In this document: positions 54,753-57,133 of the stretch, piece after piece
Layout of the letters: the number at the start of each line of letters is the position of its first letter
Numbering within the stretch: the first letter of the stretch is position 1
Assembly (NCBI GenBank): GCA_034667725.1
Contig: JAXDQS010000007.1
Location: forward strand, 1 to 57,133
Length of the DNA: 57,133 nucleotides
Direction of reading: 5' to 3'
DNA from: Thermoplasmata archaeon
Lineage (GTDB): Archaea; Thermoplasmatota; E2; JACPAO01; JAHFTW01
Notes under the pieces: generated by a model
What the model saw: only the letters and a program-made list of their open reading frames with translations
Told to the model about the DNA's origin: nothing
Database searches by the model: none
Position numbers and translations under genes: made by a program

Positions 54753-57133
54753 CTACTTGCCTCCCTTCTTGGCGCCCTTGGCGTCGCGGACGACCTGGGC
54801 GAAGATCTGCTCGAAGTCGACGGGCTCGCCGCCGACGGAGCGCGTGGGGTCCACGCCGTCTTCACCGTAGGTGAACTGGATGATGGTGCCGGCGGTGTTG
54901 CGCACGGTGCCGTCCTCGGCGACCTTGAGGTCTTCGAGGGCGTTGATGAGGCGGCGCTGCATGTAGCCGGAGCGGCTGGTGCGGACGGCGGTGTCGACCA
55001 GGCCTTCGCGGCCACCCATGGAGTGGAAGAAGTACTCCGTGGGCGTGAGGCCGGTCTTGTAGCTCGCGGCCACGAAGCCCTTGGCCTCGGCGCCGAGGTC
55101 GCCCCACTTGAAGTGGGGGAGCGTGCGCTTCTGGTAGCCGCGGTGGATGCGCTTGCCGCGGACGGCCTGCTGGCCGACGAGGCCGGCCATCTGCGACAGG
55201 TTGAGCATCGAGCCGCGCGCGCCGCAGCGCGCCATGAGAACGGCCGAGTTGTCCATGCCGAGCGACCGCGAAGCCGTTTCACCGGCGGCGGCACGGGCCT
55301 GGCCGGTCTCGCGCATGATCTCCATCTCGAGGGTCTCCTCGACGGAGCGGCCGGGCAGCGCAGGCAGGTCGCCCTTGGCGTACTGCTTGAGGAGCTCGGC
55401 GACGCGGACCTTGGTCATCTTGATTTTCTCGGCGATCTCGTGGGCGGCCTCGGGCGGCAGGTCCTCGTCCTCGATGGAGGTGGAGAAGCCGCGCAGGGTC
55501 AGGAAGCCGTTGCCGACCTTGGTGACCTTGTCGAGGAACTTGCGCGCCTCGTTGTTGCCGTAGCGGCGGGCGATGTGGTCCAGCAGCTTGCCCTTCTCGG
55601 ACGCGATGGCGGACTTGTCGATGCCGCCCTGCTTGAGCTGCGAGTCCTCGATGACGACCCAGAAGTCGTTCTCCGGCTTCTTGGCGTCCTCCTTGCCCAT
55701 GCCGCCGGGGCAGGCGTTGGCCTTGAAGCTCAGGTTGATGCCCGGGGGCAGCAAGGTGCTGAACAGGTCGCGGCCGAAGACGAAGCGGCGGGTCTCGCCG
55801 CGGGCGTCCTTCTCCTCATGGATGGCGGGCAGCTGGCCCTTGAAGCCGACGCGGGCGAGAACCTGCGTGGCGTCGTCGAGCTCGAGCTTCGGGTTCTTCC
55901 ACGTGAGCAGGAAGTTGCCCGAGATGTGGTCGTGGATGGCCCCGATGATGGGTCCGCCGAAGCGGGGAGAGCGGATGTTCTCCTGCACCTTCATCAGGAT
56001 CTCGGCCTCGGCGCGGGCCTCCTCGCCCTGGATGACGTGCATGTTCATCTCGTCGCCGTCGAAGTCCGCGTTGTAGGGCGGGCAGCACGGCAGGTTGAAC
56101 CTGAACGTCTTGCCGGGCATGACGCGCACCGTGTGCGCCATCATCGACATGCGGTGCAGCGTCGGCTGCCGGTTGAACAGCACGACGTCGCCGTCATCGA
56201 GCTGGCGCTCGACGATGGATCCGACCTCGAGGCGCTTGGCGACCTCGTCGGCGTTCTTGTCGGTGACCTTGACGCGGCGGCCGTCCGGGCGGATCACGTA
56301 GTTCGTGCCCGGGATGTACTTGCCCTCGGGGCCCGGCTTGGGCTCGGGGCCGCGCAGGATCATGTCCATGCAGTACTGGAAGTTCGCCGGGGTGACGCGG
56401 ATCGGCACCGTCAGCTCCTGGGCGCACTCGGCCGGGACGCCGACCTCGTTGATCGAGAGGTTGGGGTCGGGGCTGATGACCGTGCGGGCCGAGAAGTTGA
56501 CGCGCTTGCCCGACAGGTTCGAGCGGAAGCGGCCTTCCTTGCCCTTCAGGCGCTGGCTGATGGTCTTCAGCGGGCGGCCGGAGCGGTGACGGGCAGGCGG
56601 GATGCCGGCCGTCTGGTTGTCGAAGTACGTCGTGATGTGGTACTGCAGCAGCTCCCACAGGTCCTCGACGATCAGCTGCGGGGCACCGGCGTCGCGGTTC
56701 TCCTGCAGGCGCTGGTTGATGCGGATGACGTCGACCAGCTTGTGCGTCAGGTCGTCCTCCGAGCGCTCGCCGGATTCCAGCGTGATCGAGGGGCGCATGG
56801 TCACCGGCGGCACGGGCAGCACGGTCAGGACCATCCACTCGGGGCGGCAGACGCTCGGGTTGAGGCCGAGCAGGTGCAGGTCCTCGTTGGGGACCTTCTC
56901 GAGCCACTCGCGCACTTCCGACGGCGTCATCTTGTGGCCGTTCTCGCGGAAGGTCGTGGGTTTGTCGACGTCGATGGTGCCGTGCTCGCGCCCGCAGTGC
57001 GGGCACACGGTCACGTTGGAGGCTTCCTTGGCGACGCGCTTGGCCAGGAGCTGGGTGTCCTTCTCCTCCTGGATGTACGTCTTGAGGGACTTGTCGAAGT
57101 CCTGGCGGATGCGCTCCCCGAAGAGGAGCTTGC
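54753..57133 (-). CDS. rpo1N: DNA-directed RNA polymerase subunit A' (5' part lies outside the window)
   Basis: Catalytic YNADFDGDEMN, GKRVNFSART, GGREGLVDTAVRT. Confidence 0.98.
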   Translation of the reverse strand, partial: KLLFGERIRQDFDKSLKTYIQEEKDTQLLAKRVAKEASNVTVCPHCGREHGTIDVDKPTTFRENGHKMTPSEVREWLEKVPNEDLHLLGLNPSVCRPEWMVLTVLPVPPVTMRPSITLESGERSEDDLTHKLVDVIRINQRLQENRDAGAPQLIVEDLWELLQYHITTYFDNQTAGIPPARHRSGRPLKTISQRLKGKEGRFRSNLSGKRVNFSARTVISPDPNLSINEVGVPAECAQELTVPIRVTPANFQYCMDMILRGPEPKPGPEGKYIPGTNYVIRPDGRRVKVTDKNADEVAKRLEVGSIVERQLDDGDVVLFNRQPTLHRMSMMAHTVRVMPGKTFRFNLPCCPPYNADFDGDEMNMHVIQGEEARAEAEILMKVQENIRSPRFGGPIIGAIHDHISGNFLLTWKNPKLELDDATQVLARVGFKGQLPAIHEEKDARGETRRFVFGRDLFSTLLPPGINLSFKANACPGGMGKEDAKKPENDFWVVIEDSQLKQGGIDKSAIASEKGKLLDHIARRYGNNEARKFLDKVTKVGNGFLTLRGFSTSIEDEDLPPEAAHEIAEKIKMTKVRVAELLKQYAKGDLPALPGRSVEETLEMEIMRETGQARAAAGETASRSLGMDNSAVLMARCGARGSMLNLSQMAGLVGQQAVRGKRIHRGYQKRTLPHFKWGDLGAEAKGFVAASYKTGLTPTEYFFHSMGGREGLVDTAVRTSRSGYMQRRLINALEDLKVAEDGTVRNTAGTIIQFTYGEDGVDPTRSVGGEPVDFEQIFAQVVRDAKGAKKGGK

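Overview
A 57-kb stretch of a very GC-rich archaeal chromosome. Archaeal markers include split RNAP subunits A'/A'', L30e, NusA, L37e, ArcS/RaSEA, DTD2, SepF and an archaellum operon. The long RpoA'' N-terminal extension and gene content suggest Thermoplasmatota (inference). It is mostly housekeeping and metabolic genes (sdhCDAB, icd, gpsA, htpX, alkA, CPA2 antiporter, MMPL), plus exported proteins with C-terminal anchors and a lower-GC two-gene islet next to nusA. Three things stand out. (1) Short (75-150 bp) insertions recur at gene termini (nusA x2, sdhD/sdhA, arlI-1/arlI-2, dedA x4). Each duplicates the gene end, often with synonymous recoding, and carries an inverted copy of that same end. 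Some also carry GCGNAGC mini-hairpins or a short ORF that preserves translational coupling. No mobilising enzyme is in the window. (2) The archaellum operon has two tandem, divergent ArlI ATPases. (3) Bacterial-type glycerolipid genes (gpsA, DAG kinase, PAP2) and a cyclophilin-FKBP fusion lipoprotein are present. No rRNA, tRNA, CRISPR array, integrase or transposase was recognised. All calls are by eye from motifs; no database searches were run.
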